The notes: generated by a model not told the origin, from the letters alone. DNA of 62,890 bases from an uncultured Candidatus Saccharibacteria bacterium (GCA_964361695.1 CAYIBQ010000001.1:1-62890), one strand, 5' to 3'; positions 8,486-19,097 are shown, numbered from the stretch's first letter. Program-made: numbers and translations.

Positions 8486-11400
8486 TTATTGGTAATTTAA
8501 TTTAACTCTGTTCAAAACGGGTGTATGCGCTCCGTCGCCGTCAAAGGTTACCCGATAATTGAGCCAGGGCTGATTATTATGTGTGATAGGGGCACGCACG
8601 CGATTGATGCCCGTAGCGCCCTGATAGTAGGTCGCGCCGGTGCCGTCCGGACCAAGCCATGAGGCGACACCGAGCCCGGCTTGCGCGCCCGCGGTGCGGA
8701 TTTGAATGCGCAGGTTGCATGGGCTGGGTACGGTGCAGACGGGACTTGCCGGACTTAATGTCCAATCCCACTCCAGTACGTTCCACGCGCGCAACGGCGT
8801 GATATTGATATCATTGGACGTATAGGTTCCGGTTGCGGGATACACGGCGGCAGAGATTATTTCCGGATACACGGTATAACCCCCGTCCAAATCCGTCCCA
8901 TCGTTTTTCACAATCTTAAAACAATATGTTTTTGCGGATGGCGCACTACTATCAAACAGAGAGAAATCCCATTTTCCGTCAGCCCCGGCCGCGATCGCTG
9001 ATTGGGAGTTGGTAAAAGGGGTAAGAGACGTATCTACGTCATGGTAAGTTTGTGGATTTATGGCATCGGCGGCGTGCGTCAATTCTCCCGCATTATCTAT
9101 AAGTGCTATGTTATTTGCCGTACCGGCGTTATCCTTGAAAGCAATAAGCGTGGTATTCGTTACGTCAGTATAGGTTGCAGGAGTTCCTGCGGTCGGCGCG
9201 GCGCATGTTCCCGTGCCTTTGCCAACATACCTCAGCTTGAAATTCTGCCCGCTCAAGCCAAGGAGTGCGCTGCTATGAATAAGCATACGCAAGCGAAAAG
9301 GATCTCCATCAAGGCCAAGCGTGTGTGCCGTATTCTGCGGCTTGAGCGCTACACCCACGTTTGCCGAGTCCAGATTTGCAAAAAAGCGATACCCTGATTG
9401 CTGTAACCCGCTCCCGCCGGCCGCCTGCCATGTGACGCGCCAATCATCCAGTATGGGCGATGCGGAGACGGCGGTGAGGGTCGCTTTAAGACATAGGCGA
9501 TTATAGACAACGGCAGTGTCAGCGAGCGATGAAAGATTGATGGTGTTTATATCAAAACCAGCTTCATTTCCGGACAATTCCGTATTAAGAAGAAGTGTAT
9601 CGCAATCCGCAACATTCTTCCGATACACTTGTATCTTTATATCCCCCCCGGTTTCTGTCCCTGCCCATATCACCGATCCCCACCCCGTCTGCCCGGCCAC
9701 CCAATCAAAATCAACGGGAGTTGACATCACGGTGCCCTGATCCGCGCGGATGTTCGTTGTACCCGGGACGTTGAGCGGAAATGAACCCACAACGGCGCCG
9801 CCTGTTACGCCGACATCGCCCGACGCGCTGATCGCAATTTCAATGGACTGACCCGCGCCGGCATTCGCGCCTATATCCATTTCCACGAAAACGCATATCT
9901 GGGCGGTATTCACCCCAAGTCCCAGACCGGAAAGCACTGCGGTTTCGGAGGTGAAATTGACCGGCGCACCGATGGCCACAGATCCCGCAAACGTGCATGT
10001 CGCTTCCTGTTGCCAATAAAGCTGAACTCCAGTGAGATTGCCGTTTGCGGTAAAAGACGCGTTTGTTTCGCTTATCGTAATAGCATTGACCGTCGCCGCG
10101 CTCGCGGACGTGATAAAAGTAAACACGCCCATGACCACATTATTCTGCCCTTGCGTCACATTCGCCGGCTGGGTAAAAGAGGGGTCAAGCGCTACGGTAA
10201 CGGTATTTGGTATCGTGTACTGATAAGTGACCGTGAGTATCCCGCCATGGATGGCGACTTCGGCTGAACTATAACAAGCAGTATACGTGGTGGCATCATT
10301 ACTGGTTATATTAGTAAAAAATCTCCATAACGTAAGGCGCGTCCGTTCATTGTCGGTAACTGCCGTGCTCGAATTGCTGGAACTGCATGCTGAAGGCGAA
10401 GTTGAAAAATTTATCCCTATCCCTTCATTTGCCACGGGAGCTGATACCGCCTGACCCACGGAGGTGAGACGAAGCGAAGCGCCGCGGATGGTTACATCAG
10501 TGCTTGGCTCAGGAATCGACGGATTGATTGCTCCGGCTGAAGTTGAAAAAGTGGTTGCTGCGGCACTGGTTTGCTGTCCCGCGAAAAGATGCTGACTTAC
10601 GATATAGCCGTTGACATCGGAGGTGTACGTATACGTGATCACGAGCTCCGCCGAGACCGCGCCGCGTGCCGTTCCCGACCATTGCGCTCTCATCTGTACC
10701 GCTCTTCCCGAACTGCCGGTAGCGCCCTCAAGTTCTGTGTATTCAGAAGCCGGTATGATATAGTTAAAATAACCGTCATCGGAGACGCCTTGCGTGTCAG
10801 ACGCAAAAGCATAACCGCGTTGCCCGGATGCCGGATTGGCGCCGACTTGGTGGCGAATATTAAGCGTGGAAGCAGCGGTCTGTCCTCCTGCCGACGTATG
10901 AATCCGAAACCATGCCCTTTCCACATTGACGCCACTCTCCGGAAAGTAGACCGTAGACCCCACGAGGGCGGATTCCGTTAAGCTCCCCACGGTTTGGACC
11001 TCGCCAACCGGATACACCACGGTCTTTGTTTTTGTCGGCGCCGTATCTGCATAAGTATAGGTTACGTAATTCTCGCCGCCCATGACATAGGCATTGGTGG
11101 CATTCGTGGACATCTCAAGCGATTGGGCGGTATTGTTTGCATAACCCGCAACTCCGCTCAAAAGCGCATTCACCCAACCGCCGTTGTCTGTCAAAATTTC
11201 TTCGAAAAAGACCGCCGAGGTATTGGCTCCCCCCGGATTTCCGCCAATATCAGAAATGGTCTGCCAGTCAGTAGTTGTTACCGCATTAATTGAAGTTTGC
11301 AAATAGAAAAACTGGGACAATTGCGTACCGATTTCAGGGATAGTCGTCGTATAGCTGAACGTGGGGCAATTCGAATCTACGGTACACGAGACCTGTGCCG

Positions 11401-12115
11401 CTGTTCGTGAACCGATATCGGTTCCGGAATCTAAAGGATAAATGACCGTATTTGTTTGCGTGGGAGAGGTGTGATCATAGGTATAGGTGATGACGAGTTT
11501 TGCGTTTGCTCCTTGAATGTTGGCGGCGACGGTTCCATTGCATGTACCCGCATCGGTACCGCTTGCCCCATCAATGCAGTATCCCACCTGAAAAGAAAAT
11601 TGACTTCCTCCGCCCGTATAGGCCGCCAATGCCGCTTCAGGCGCAACATTGGCGCGAAGCTGTGCGGTTTGCGATTCACCGGAATTCGTCCCAAAGCTTG
11701 CGGTATCCATAAAGCTCAAGGGCGAAGGAGTGCAGGGAGTTGGCGTGCAGGCATCAAAAAAGAGTAACCCCTCCGTGCTCGTCAAGACAGTCGCGGATCC
11801 AAATTGAAGAGAAACTTCAATATAAGCATCAATGACATCGGCGCCCGATTCAGCCAATTGGACGGTTTGAACGGGAAAATTATTTTGCGCTCCGACGTTG
11901 TCGTTTATGCCGGAACCCGCGTCCTGGCCCGCAAAAAATTCCACGGTGCGGACGCGCGGGCCGTGGGACGCCTGCGCAACAGGCGTTGCGAAGTAGTCCG
12001 CGATTTTTCGCATGAGTATATCTAAAGGCAAGCCGCTTGAGACAAGCAGAAGGATGAGCGAAAGCGGGAGTATTTTTTTTATGACGCGCAGGGCGCCGTC
12101 AATCATTTTGAACAT
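8486..12115 (-). CDS. Very large secreted protein of unknown function at the head of the minor-pilin block (candidate pilus-associated adhesin)
   Basis: 1209-aa ORF with signal anchor KKILPLSLILLLVSSGL and T/S/G/A-rich, beta-rich composition. Its stop lies 4 nt from the next pilin gene. Confidence 0.5.
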   Translation of the reverse strand: MFKMIDGALRVIKKILPLSLILLLVSSGLPLDILMRKIADYFATPVAQASHGPRVRTVEFFAGQDAGSGINDNVGAQNNFPVQTVQLAESGADVIDAYIEVSLQFGSATVLTSTEGLLFFDACTPTPCTPSPLSFMDTASFGTNSGESQTAQLRANVAPEAALAAYTGGGSQFSFQVGYCIDGASGTDAGTCNGTVAANIQGANAKLVITYTYDHTSPTQTNTVIYPLDSGTDIGSRTAAQVSCTVDSNCPTFSYTTTIPEIGTQLSQFFYLQTSINAVTTTDWQTISDIGGNPGGANTSAVFFEEILTDNGGWVNALLSGVAGYANNTAQSLEMSTNATNAYVMGGENYVTYTYADTAPTKTKTVVYPVGEVQTVGSLTESALVGSTVYFPESGVNVERAWFRIHTSAGGQTAASTLNIRHQVGANPASGQRGYAFASDTQGVSDDGYFNYIIPASEYTELEGATGSSGRAVQMRAQWSGTARGAVSAELVITYTYTSDVNGYIVSQHLFAGQQTSAAATTFSTSAGAINPSIPEPSTDVTIRGASLRLTSVGQAVSAPVANEGIGINFSTSPSACSSSNSSTAVTDNERTRLTLWRFFTNITSNDATTYTACYSSAEVAIHGGILTVTYQYTIPNTVTVALDPSFTQPANVTQGQNNVVMGVFTFITSASAATVNAITISETNASFTANGNLTGVQLYWQQEATCTFAGSVAIGAPVNFTSETAVLSGLGLGVNTAQICVFVEMDIGANAGAGQSIEIAISASGDVGVTGGAVVGSFPLNVPGTTNIRADQGTVMSTPVDFDWVAGQTGWGSVIWAGTETGGDIKIQVYRKNVADCDTLLLNTELSGNEAGFDINTINLSSLADTAVVYNRLCLKATLTAVSASPILDDWRVTWQAAGGSGLQQSGYRFFANLDSANVGVALKPQNTAHTLGLDGDPFRLRMLIHSSALLGLSGQNFKLRYVGKGTGTCAAPTAGTPATYTDVTNTTLIAFKDNAGTANNIALIDNAGELTHAADAINPQTYHDVDTSLTPFTNSQSAIAAGADGKWDFSLFDSSAPSAKTYCFKIVKNDGTDLDGGYTVYPEIISAAVYPATGTYTSNDINITPLRAWNVLEWDWTLSPASPVCTVPSPCNLRIQIRTAGAQAGLGVASWLGPDGTGATYYQGATGINRVRAPITHNNQPWLNYRVTFDGDGAHTPVLNRVKLNYQ

Positions 12116-12137
12116 ACGACGAGATTACCGCTTCTTA

Positions 12138-12191
12138 GCTTTTTAGGTTATAAGCTGGAAATATATCATCCATCTCTACCACCTAAAAAGC
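12138..12191 (-). promoter_or_regulatory. Inverted repeat GCTTTTTAGGT ... ACCTAAAAAGC (11-bp arms, 32-nt loop) upstream of 8486..12115
   Basis: Arms at 12138..12148 and 12181..12191. Shares the exact 16-mer TTCTTAGCTTTTTAGG with 4720..4735. Confidence 0.45.
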
Positions 12192-12217
12192 CAAAAATTA
12201 CAACCTACAATCTCATC

Positions 12218-13951
12218 TTACCATCCTTTCAATTTTACGCCTCCCGGAGACGACGCCTCGGTGTCAGTCAAGATATTGTCCGAGTCGGTCAAGGTGGTCG
12301 TGAATTGATCGCTTGTGGTCTGAAGCCATGCGTCTGCCGAAGCGCCGATTGTAAAGCTTCGGGGCGCGGAAAAAATACTCGACGTGTCGCTGCCCGGAGG
12401 AGGATCCTTTGCACGAACGTGCCACCAGTAGGTCGTGCCGATAGTAAAAACATCATTTCCTACTCCTGTGGGCGTGTAGGTAACATCTGCGCCGGACGCA
12501 TAAGTTGGCTGGATAAAACCGTTGTCAGCTGCGGCATGATTTACTGAATTTTTTGTAACCACGCCGATGGTAAAACCGGGATTTGTCGCCCACTCAATTT
12601 CGTATTCTATCGGGTTCAACTCCGTGTCCGTGCTTACAAACGTTCCTAAATCAGGCGTGGTGTCGCTGGTGTCTTTATTCGCAAACGCGGGCGTTTCGGC
12701 AAGCGTCGGAGTCGTAGGCGGTAGATTGCCGACCTCTTCAATTCCTACGCCGTAAAAATCAAAGGGATCCGGAGCGGCTGGGCCGGGATACCTGATGGTG
12801 TTGTAGGTCGTTTCAAGCCAGCCGGGGGTTCGCACGTTATCGGAAACGCGTACCTCGTCAACGATGCCGATAAACGCTTCATTAAACGCGTCGCCGGCCG
12901 GGTCGCCGATATAGAGCGGTATCGTGGTTAAGTTCACCGTCAACGCAGGACCTGTACCCCGATTAACGCCGTCTATGTATATAATAGAAGAGCCATTCAT
13001 GGCGCATGCGAGGTATGCCCAGGTGCCGGACGTGATATCAACGCTACTATCTGCGACACTACCGCCGTAGTAGCAACTGGGAATATTCGTAGTCGCCTTG
13101 GCAACAAAGATAGAATAGTCATAGTCGGTAACCGCCGCGTTGGGACGGGCAACGACGGTATGCCATATGCCTGATGTCGGGCTCGTTTCGTTCACCCATG
13201 CCTCAAGGGTACGCATATCCGTATTATCCCATTTCGTTGAGTCCGGAAACGTAATACGCTGCGTATTGAGCGTAAACTGATCCGCGCCGCCGGCGATTCC
13301 CACAGCCGTTCCTTGCGCCCCAACGGTAATGGCAGACGAGTTGACCGGGTTCTGGGATGAGTCCTGATGCGGATTTGGGACGACTTCGTCCAAGTGCCAC
13401 ACGCCCATGTAGTTGTTGTCCCATACGCCTGTAACGCCGTTGCTCGTTACATTCCCTTGGAAGGTTGAGATGCTGTTGTTGCCGTAGTAGACATAAATAA
13501 CCTTATTTGCCCCTGTTGAGGGAAGCGTGGGAATCCGTACCCACATGACGACGCGGCCCTGACCCGGCGCTCCGTCGTATACCTCTATTTCATGCGCAAG
13601 CTGGGTCGTACCGTCAGAATCGGTGAAAACAATGTCAAAACCGGACGAATTGCATGGCCCGTCTACTGGCGGCGATCCGATCGTGCAGTCGGTGTCCCGA
13701 ACAAAATCGGCGTGGGTGAAAGAGACAAGAATGGGAAAATTGGCATAGCTCGGTTCGGTGTCAGGAACCCTGAGCAGGTCAATGGTGATACTTTTGCGAT
13801 ACGCATAGCCGGTATCAAAACCCACCGCGCCGGCGCGGGGCACGCCAAACGGGCGCAGGACGGACAAGGCAACGAGCACCGTAACGAGAACCACGGCAAA
13901 GAATGCATGGACGTGTTCCTTTTTTGTCTTGAAGGAGAAAGAGTCGGACAT
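12218..13951 (-). CDS. DUF2341 plus LamG (concanavalin-A-like lectin) domain surface protein
   Basis: DUF2341-like N-terminus: YRKSITID...NFPILVSFTH...FDIVFTDSDGTTQLAHEIEVYDG...VMWVRIPTL...IYVYYGN. LamG-like region ends in DEVRVSDNVRTPGWLET. Confidence 0.75.
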   Translation of the reverse strand: MSDSFSFKTKKEHVHAFFAVVLVTVLVALSVLRPFGVPRAGAVGFDTGYAYRKSITIDLLRVPDTEPSYANFPILVSFTHADFVRDTDCTIGSPPVDGPCNSSGFDIVFTDSDGTTQLAHEIEVYDGAPGQGRVVMWVRIPTLPSTGANKVIYVYYGNNSISTFQGNVTSNGVTGVWDNNYMGVWHLDEVVPNPHQDSSQNPVNSSAITVGAQGTAVGIAGGADQFTLNTQRITFPDSTKWDNTDMRTLEAWVNETSPTSGIWHTVVARPNAAVTDYDYSIFVAKATTNIPSCYYGGSVADSSVDITSGTWAYLACAMNGSSIIYIDGVNRGTGPALTVNLTTIPLYIGDPAGDAFNEAFIGIVDEVRVSDNVRTPGWLETTYNTIRYPGPAAPDPFDFYGVGIEEVGNLPPTTPTLAETPAFANKDTSDTTPDLGTFVSTDTELNPIEYEIEWATNPGFTIGVVTKNSVNHAAADNGFIQPTYASGADVTYTPTGVGNDVFTIGTTYWWHVRAKDPPPGSDTSSIFSAPRSFTIGASADAWLQTTSDQFTTTLTDSDNILTDTEASSPGGVKLKGW

Positions 13952-14005
13952 ACGAAATATATATTTTAGTATACCACAAACGCCGCAAGGCCGCGAAAAC
14001 GGCCT

Positions 14006-14014
14006 TGTGGATAA
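14006..14014 (-). promoter_or_regulatory. DnaA-box-identical 9-mer (TTATCCACA on minus strand), 55 nt upstream of the start at 13951
   Basis: Plus strand reads cctTGTGGATAAcga. On the minus strand a TGgTATACT extended -10-like box lies downstream of it. Confidence 0.4.
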
Positions 14015-14045
14015 CGAAGGCGTAAAAAAATTTGTTACCTTACCG

Positions 14046-14336
14046 TCATGACATTCTCTCTTCGCTATCCAGAAACCCTTTTATGTAGCGGAGATAATCG
14101 TAATACTGATGTATTTCGTTTTTGATGTCATCTACCATCCGCTTTATATCCACTCTATCGTATTTATGCACGACAAGATTCCGTAAGCCAACGGACGGCG
14201 CGATCTTGAGGGCAAAATCTATGGGCAGTACCTTATGTTCGCCCAGCGTAATAAAAGTACTTTGATAATCATTGGGAACATGCGCCCGTGATTCAAGGAT
14301 GATGTGCGTGTTGAAGAAATGCATTGAGCGATGCAA
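14046..14336 (-). CDS. hepT: HepT-like (DUF86) toxin of an MNT/HepT pair
   Basis: RNLVVHKY matches the Rx4HxY DUF86 motif. 96 aa (short). Overlaps the 3' end of the upstream nucleotidyltransferase gene. Confidence 0.7.
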   Translation of the reverse strand: MHRSMHFFNTHIILESRAHVPNDYQSTFITLGEHKVLPIDFALKIAPSVGLRNLVVHKYDRVDIKRMVDDIKNEIHQYYDYLRYIKGFLDSEERMS

Positions 14337-14715
14337 CGCGCAATGACAAGAGCTTCTGCGCCTCCATATATCGTTTTATGGCATAAATTCTGAATAGGGC
14401 ATAGACGGACGGCTCCGCCTCATAGAGCAGAATGCCTGTTACCGCGACCTGTTTTAAGAGCAAGGGCGGCGCATCATGGATATCGGTAAGCTCAATGTGC
14501 GAGAAATGCGCGACTGCGGACAAATCAAATGCATAGTGAGCTATTTCGTGCGGACTCAAGGCGTGTTTAGATACAAATGCAAAATCCGCATCGCTTTGGG
14601 CGTGTGTTCTGCCGGTTGCCTGCGATCCAAAAAGCACGAAAAGCGTAATGCCATATTTTCTCGCGAGAGAGGCAATTTCCGATTTCTTTTCTACGGTGAG
14701 CAGGGATTCTTTCAT
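14293..14715 (-). CDS. mntA: MNT-type nucleotidyltransferase antitoxin
   Basis: LFGSQATGRTHAQSDADFAF matches the GSx(n)SDxD minimal nucleotidyltransferase motif. Paired with the DUF86 gene. Confidence 0.75.
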   Translation of the reverse strand: MKESLLTVEKKSEIASLARKYGITLFVLFGSQATGRTHAQSDADFAFVSKHALSPHEIAHYAFDLSAVAHFSHIELTDIHDAPPLLLKQVAVTGILLYEAEPSVYALFRIYAIKRYMEAQKLLSLRVASLNAFLQHAHHP

Positions 14716-14786
14716 TTTCTAATGATACCACGCTTTATCAAGAAAAGGAATCCGACGCGCACTTCGGAAATGTTGCTTTTTTTAGG

Positions 14787-14795
14787 TGTGGATAA
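14787..14795 (-). promoter_or_regulatory. DnaA-box-identical 9-mer (TTATCCACA on minus strand), 72 nt upstream of the MNT start
   Basis: Plus strand reads aggTGTGGATAActt. On the minus strand a TGgTATCAT box ends 6 nt before the ATG, so the mRNA may be leaderless. Confidence 0.4.
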
Positions 14796-14801
14796 CTTTA
14801 T

Positions 14802-17800
14802 TTATGGAGTAATCGGCGTAGTCCGCAAGGTGTCAATCTCCGGCTGGGTGAGCGCGCGGTTGAATACGCGGACTTCGTCAAGGATGCCGTCAAAATACAA
14901 GTCATTGGGAGGCGATCCGTTGAATGCGCCGCATCGGCCAAGCGATGCGCTTAATTGACTGCCGGGAGGGGTGGCAACAGTCAGCGGCGTACCGCTCACC
15001 GTGCCGTTGATGTAGATTGTGTTTGTCCAGTTTGGTCCTGAAATTGATCGGACAAATGCAACATGATACCACGTGCCGGTAGACAATGCGCCGGCGCCCG
15101 TATCGCTCGCGCTCACAAAACTATTGCCCCATCCAACGCTAATCGCGCTATTATTCGGATCCCGTCCAACGCTTACCCCCACTTGCCCTAAAGTTCCTGG
15201 TGATGCATTGCACTGCCCAATGAGATAATTCCCACCGGTATTGTCAAGCACGTCGTTGAATCGCACCCATCCCATGAATGTCATTTCTCCGGAGAGATTG
15301 AGTTTTGCGGGAAGGCCAAGCGTGACATAGTCCCCGGATCCGTCAAACGAAAGAGCGGACGCGCCGTATTGGGCAATGGCGGTCCATAACGCATTAGTGA
15401 TAGTGCCATTTGTGCCGTTGCCGGATGAATCGTTGACCGTAGCACCGGCATTTTCATTGAAACCGTATTGAGCCACCACTCCCGCAAGCGCTCCGTTATC
15501 CACAGTTACGACCACGGGTGCTGAAGTATTGCTGTTTCCCTGCACATCGCGGACCGTGGCAGTGAGCGAGTGCGACCCTTGAGTTGCCGAAAGGGTATTC
15601 CAATTAACAGTGAAGGGTGTTGCGGTATCAATACCAATGGACTGTCCATCCATAAAGAATTCAACTTCCGCAATCTGATAGTTATCCGTGGCAGTGGCGT
15701 TGATCGCGACTGGAGCGCCAAGAACGGAAGGAACCGAAGGAGGCGAAGGCGGCGGAGCCGTGATGGAAACAGTGGGCACTTGAATGTCTGACACGTACGT
15801 TACTTGATAATTTCCGGAAAGCGCGGGAAAAATTTTATACTGCCTTCCTTTGATGGTTTCGGTGCGGAGCGTTATCGGCGATCCATCGCGCGTGATCGCG
15901 GCCACGGCAACACCGTTAAATGTGCTTGGCATCATTGCCTGCAAACCATTTGCTTTGCTGTCTGCGGTGACCGTAAAACTTGCCTGTGTCCCGTTCCAAC
16001 CGAGGTTCGTAATAGTGGAGCTGTTTCTCCCGTCGGTCCAATCAAGGGCTTGCGCCGAGGAAATAATGGGAACGCCGCGCGCAACTGCCGAGGCAATGAC
16101 CGCATCGGATACAGCAGAGGCGGTATTGTCCGTATGCGCATTGACGACAAAAAATCCGTAGTATCCCTCAATACCGATGGCGCGGTCAAGGAGCGTATCA
16201 ACCGTTGCGGGGTAACTCTGGGTTCCGCTCTCGTCTTGCATTTGGGTCGGCGCTTGATATGCGTCAATAACGCTTCCGGCCGCGGTGGCAAACCGCATGG
16301 GCATGCCGGAACCGTTGAAAAAACCAACTTGCTGGAGAATCCATTGACCAACGATAGGGAACCAATGATAGTAATCGGTATCAAACCGAAGGCCGTTGGC
16401 AGCGCCCACGCTCGCGTGCGTGCTGTAATCGCTCCACGGGCCGCAATGCGTACGCACGGTCCGCGGCGCGGGAACGCCGGGGTTGTATGCCGCATTAAAC
16501 GAGGAGAGTTGCGGGGGAAAAGCGGTTGCCAAGTTTGTCGCGCCTACGGGCTGGAAATTAGCGCATACCGAACCATTCGTATCCGTATACGTATGCAAGG
16601 CAATTTCAAATCCGTTTGTTACATGAGCGCTTGCTTGCGCGGGCGTAATAGCGTTTGTGTATATATATGAGGTGCTCCGAATACAGTCCCAGTTGCTAAC
16701 CACGCATCCGGGAATACTTTGATTTTGATAGCTGATAAGCCGTCCTTGGGTGCCGTTGTTATTGCCACCAACAGCATCATGATCATCACCGGTCATCACC
16801 ACCGCCGCTTTTTCATCGCGCGGAAAATACCAAAAACGCGGGAATGGACGCGTGTCGCTTTGCATATGCAAAATAAGGTTGGCAAGCAACCGCATTTGTT
16901 CGTCTGCCTGGGGAATAGGAATTTTACTCACGTCAATCCAGTCGGTCTGGGGATCTTGAGGAGTATTGATGGAATTGCCGTAAAAAAGATCTATCGGACG
17001 CACCGGGGCAGCATCCGGATCCTCTGACCGATCCTGACCCGCCCATGCGGGATTTCCCTGTCTCGTCTGCGCGACCGAGCGTGCAAGATCATAGGTAAAT
17101 GCCGCGGCTTGTCCGCCGGTTCCCGCGTTTACCGTCCGGAGCGTTACTGCCGGGTTTGCCGTCGCGTTGATTGCATCGGAATAAATAGTCGCCACCGCCG
17201 TTGCGCCGTTTAAGGTATAGTTGTCCGCGATACCGTGGTATTGGATGGTTTGATTCACCAACCCTTGTCCCGGGCTTGCCGCGGTGTTTATTAAAAGATA
17301 TGCGTTTTGGCGAGTTCCCGCCGGAGCGTTAAGCCCGAGAAGCCCCGCAAACTGGGAATCCGGGCGCATGGCAATCAATTCTCCTCCTGCGGTCACCCAG
17401 TCCGTAAACATGGTCACTTGCAGGACGCTCAACGTCATCTCGCCCAGCACCACGACGTCATAGCTTGCGAGCACTGCCGCGGTAACCGTGCCAATATCCG
17501 CAGTGGCAAATGCGTTCAATCCTTCGGTTAAAAGAATTTCCTGAAGATAGCCGGTGAAAGGATTTGCCGCGATGTTGGTAACAATGAGAATGGGAATAGT
17601 CCCCGCAGGAGGAGGAATGACGGGCGGCGTGCCGAGAACAATGACGCTCGCTTCTTCCGACTCCAAAGCGCCGACCGTAATCCTGCCGCTTGCCGAGCAC
17701 ATCAGATAGTAGCCCGTGGCGATTTGATTCCACGACCCGACTCCGCCAGGACTCACCGGCAGGGAAGCAAAATACGCGGTAGGGCCTGTGGCGAGTGCGG

Positions 17801-18200
17801 AGAGATCAACGCCGTTTGTAGCGCCGATGACGGCATCAAAAGGAGGAGACGCCGCGGCGCACGTCGGCGTCGTGGCGCCGGTGCAGGTGCCGATCATGTA
17901 GGGCACATCCGTGGTAAGCGAAGAAAACGGAGGGATGCTTGCCACATCCTGTCCGCCCTGATCAATGCGGTAGAGGGCGACTGCTTTGTTAATCGCCTGG
18001 ATGTCTTCCCAGCGTACCGCGTCACGGGACTGCTGCAGCCGCTTTTGGGGATTGAGGACAGCTACGGTAATCGTCGCGATGACTGCCACGATGGAAATGG
18101 CGATGAGTATTTCTATGAGCGTAAAGCCGGGGGCGCGCCGTGTGAGTTTTTCTGTTGGCGTCATACGCATAAAAGACCGCGCTGGCGGGCGACAAAACAC
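14802..18200 (-). CDS. Giant pilin-fusion protein: prepilin N-terminus plus pilin domain plus ~700-aa unassigned module plus Ig-like plus LamG
   Basis: RAPG/FTLIEILIAISIVAVIATITVAVL. The pilin-like first ~190 aa are paralogous to 4096..4629 (same PYMIGTC...GYYL pattern). An Ig-like segment is VAINATATDNYQIAEVEFFMDG. The C-terminal LamG ends LDEVRVFNRALTQPEI. The true start is probably an internal Met (MTPTEKL). Confidence 0.75.
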   Translation of the reverse strand: MFCRPPARSFMRMTPTEKLTRRAPGFTLIEILIAISIVAVIATITVAVLNPQKRLQQSRDAVRWEDIQAINKAVALYRIDQGGQDVASIPPFSSLTTDVPYMIGTCTGATTPTCAAASPPFDAVIGATNGVDLSALATGPTAYFASLPVSPGGVGSWNQIATGYYLMCSASGRITVGALESEEASVIVLGTPPVIPPPAGTIPILIVTNIAANPFTGYLQEILLTEGLNAFATADIGTVTAAVLASYDVVVLGEMTLSVLQVTMFTDWVTAGGELIAMRPDSQFAGLLGLNAPAGTRQNAYLLINTAASPGQGLVNQTIQYHGIADNYTLNGATAVATIYSDAINATANPAVTLRTVNAGTGGQAAAFTYDLARSVAQTRQGNPAWAGQDRSEDPDAAPVRPIDLFYGNSINTPQDPQTDWIDVSKIPIPQADEQMRLLANLILHMQSDTRPFPRFWYFPRDEKAAVVMTGDDHDAVGGNNNGTQGRLISYQNQSIPGCVVSNWDCIRSTSYIYTNAITPAQASAHVTNGFEIALHTYTDTNGSVCANFQPVGATNLATAFPPQLSSFNAAYNPGVPAPRTVRTHCGPWSDYSTHASVGAANGLRFDTDYYHWFPIVGQWILQQVGFFNGSGMPMRFATAAGSVIDAYQAPTQMQDESGTQSYPATVDTLLDRAIGIEGYYGFFVVNAHTDNTASAVSDAVIASAVARGVPIISSAQALDWTDGRNSSTITNLGWNGTQASFTVTADSKANGLQAMMPSTFNGVAVAAITRDGSPITLRTETIKGRQYKIFPALSGNYQVTYVSDIQVPTVSITAPPPSPPSVPSVLGAPVAINATATDNYQIAEVEFFMDGQSIGIDTATPFTVNWNTLSATQGSHSLTATVRDVQGNSNTSAPVVVTVDNGALAGVVAQYGFNENAGATVNDSSGNGTNGTITNALWTAIAQYGASALSFDGSGDYVTLGLPAKLNLSGEMTFMGWVRFNDVLDNTGGNYLIGQCNASPGTLGQVGVSVGRDPNNSAISVGWGNSFVSASDTGAGALSTGTWYHVAFVRSISGPNWTNTIYINGTVSGTPLTVATPPGSQLSASLGRCGAFNGSPPNDLYFDGILDEVRVFNRALTQPEIDTLRTTPITP

Positions 18201-18212
18201 TACACCTCTTGT

Positions 18213-19094
18213 TTAGGGGCCGACCAATGTAAATACTTCGGAGTTAATACTTTGATCATACATGTCTCGCGTCTTGAAGCTAAGACGGAGGAAGTATATC
18301 CCGGGTTTCACTTTTGCGGGCATCATGCTGTGGCCATGCGGAACATATATCGTGGCCCCGTCCCACCCGTACAGGCGAGCATCGCTTGAGATACTTGATT
18401 CTTCGTGCAGCGGATCCCCGCGCTCTTGCAGAATTTGATCTCTCTCGTGCTCCCTATCAGCGCTTTCTTTCCCAGGATTCGCGGGCTTGAGCGAAAGCAT
18501 AACGTCTGATACCCGAATCTGCGGGGACAATTCCCATGTTATCACGCGCGGCTTTCCCAAAAGAAGCCGCTCCCCGCCTGCGGGAAATATGAATCGCGCG
18601 TCCGCGCGTATTGGCTTGAAACGAATCCCGCCGCTGTACAGAACGTCTCGTTGCGCTTGGACAGAGGCAGGGGGAGCGTATATCTCCATTGCCAATTTGA
18701 CGGGTTTTTTTGTGTTTATAAAATGACTGGCAAATCCCGCATCTTTGGGTAGCGCCCACGCATAACTCCCCGCGTTAAAATCAACCTTGCCGATGATAAA
18801 TTGCACCGGAGAGACGCCGGGTTCGTCAAGATTACTGATAGCATATAAGGAGACCTGTTTGTCTTTGAACCGCGCATTCTCTTTGTTCCATTGGATCGTA
18901 TAGGTTCCGCTACCCATTTGAATCTGCTCGCCGTCTCGCGGCGACAAAAAGAGAGGGAGCGGCGTACTATTGATAACAGGGGATCGCGACAAAAAAGCCA
19001 GCGGCGCTGTCGTAAAAATCAGATACGCGGCTCCGCCAATAAAAATAAGAGCGAACGCGCCGAGTATTATTTTTCCAGATATTCCTGGTTTCAT
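18213..19094 (-). CDS. Membrane-anchored hypothetical protein
   Basis: 293 aa, N-terminal TM segment IILGAFALIFIGGAAYLIF, no recognisable motif. Confidence 0.5.
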   Translation of the reverse strand: MKPGISGKIILGAFALIFIGGAAYLIFTTAPLAFLSRSPVINSTPLPLFLSPRDGEQIQMGSGTYTIQWNKENARFKDKQVSLYAISNLDEPGVSPVQFIIGKVDFNAGSYAWALPKDAGFASHFINTKKPVKLAMEIYAPPASVQAQRDVLYSGGIRFKPIRADARFIFPAGGERLLLGKPRVITWELSPQIRVSDVMLSLKPANPGKESADREHERDQILQERGDPLHEESSISSDARLYGWDGATIYVPHGHSMMPAKVKPGIYFLRLSFKTRDMYDQSINSEVFTLVGP

Positions 19095-19097
19095 GAT

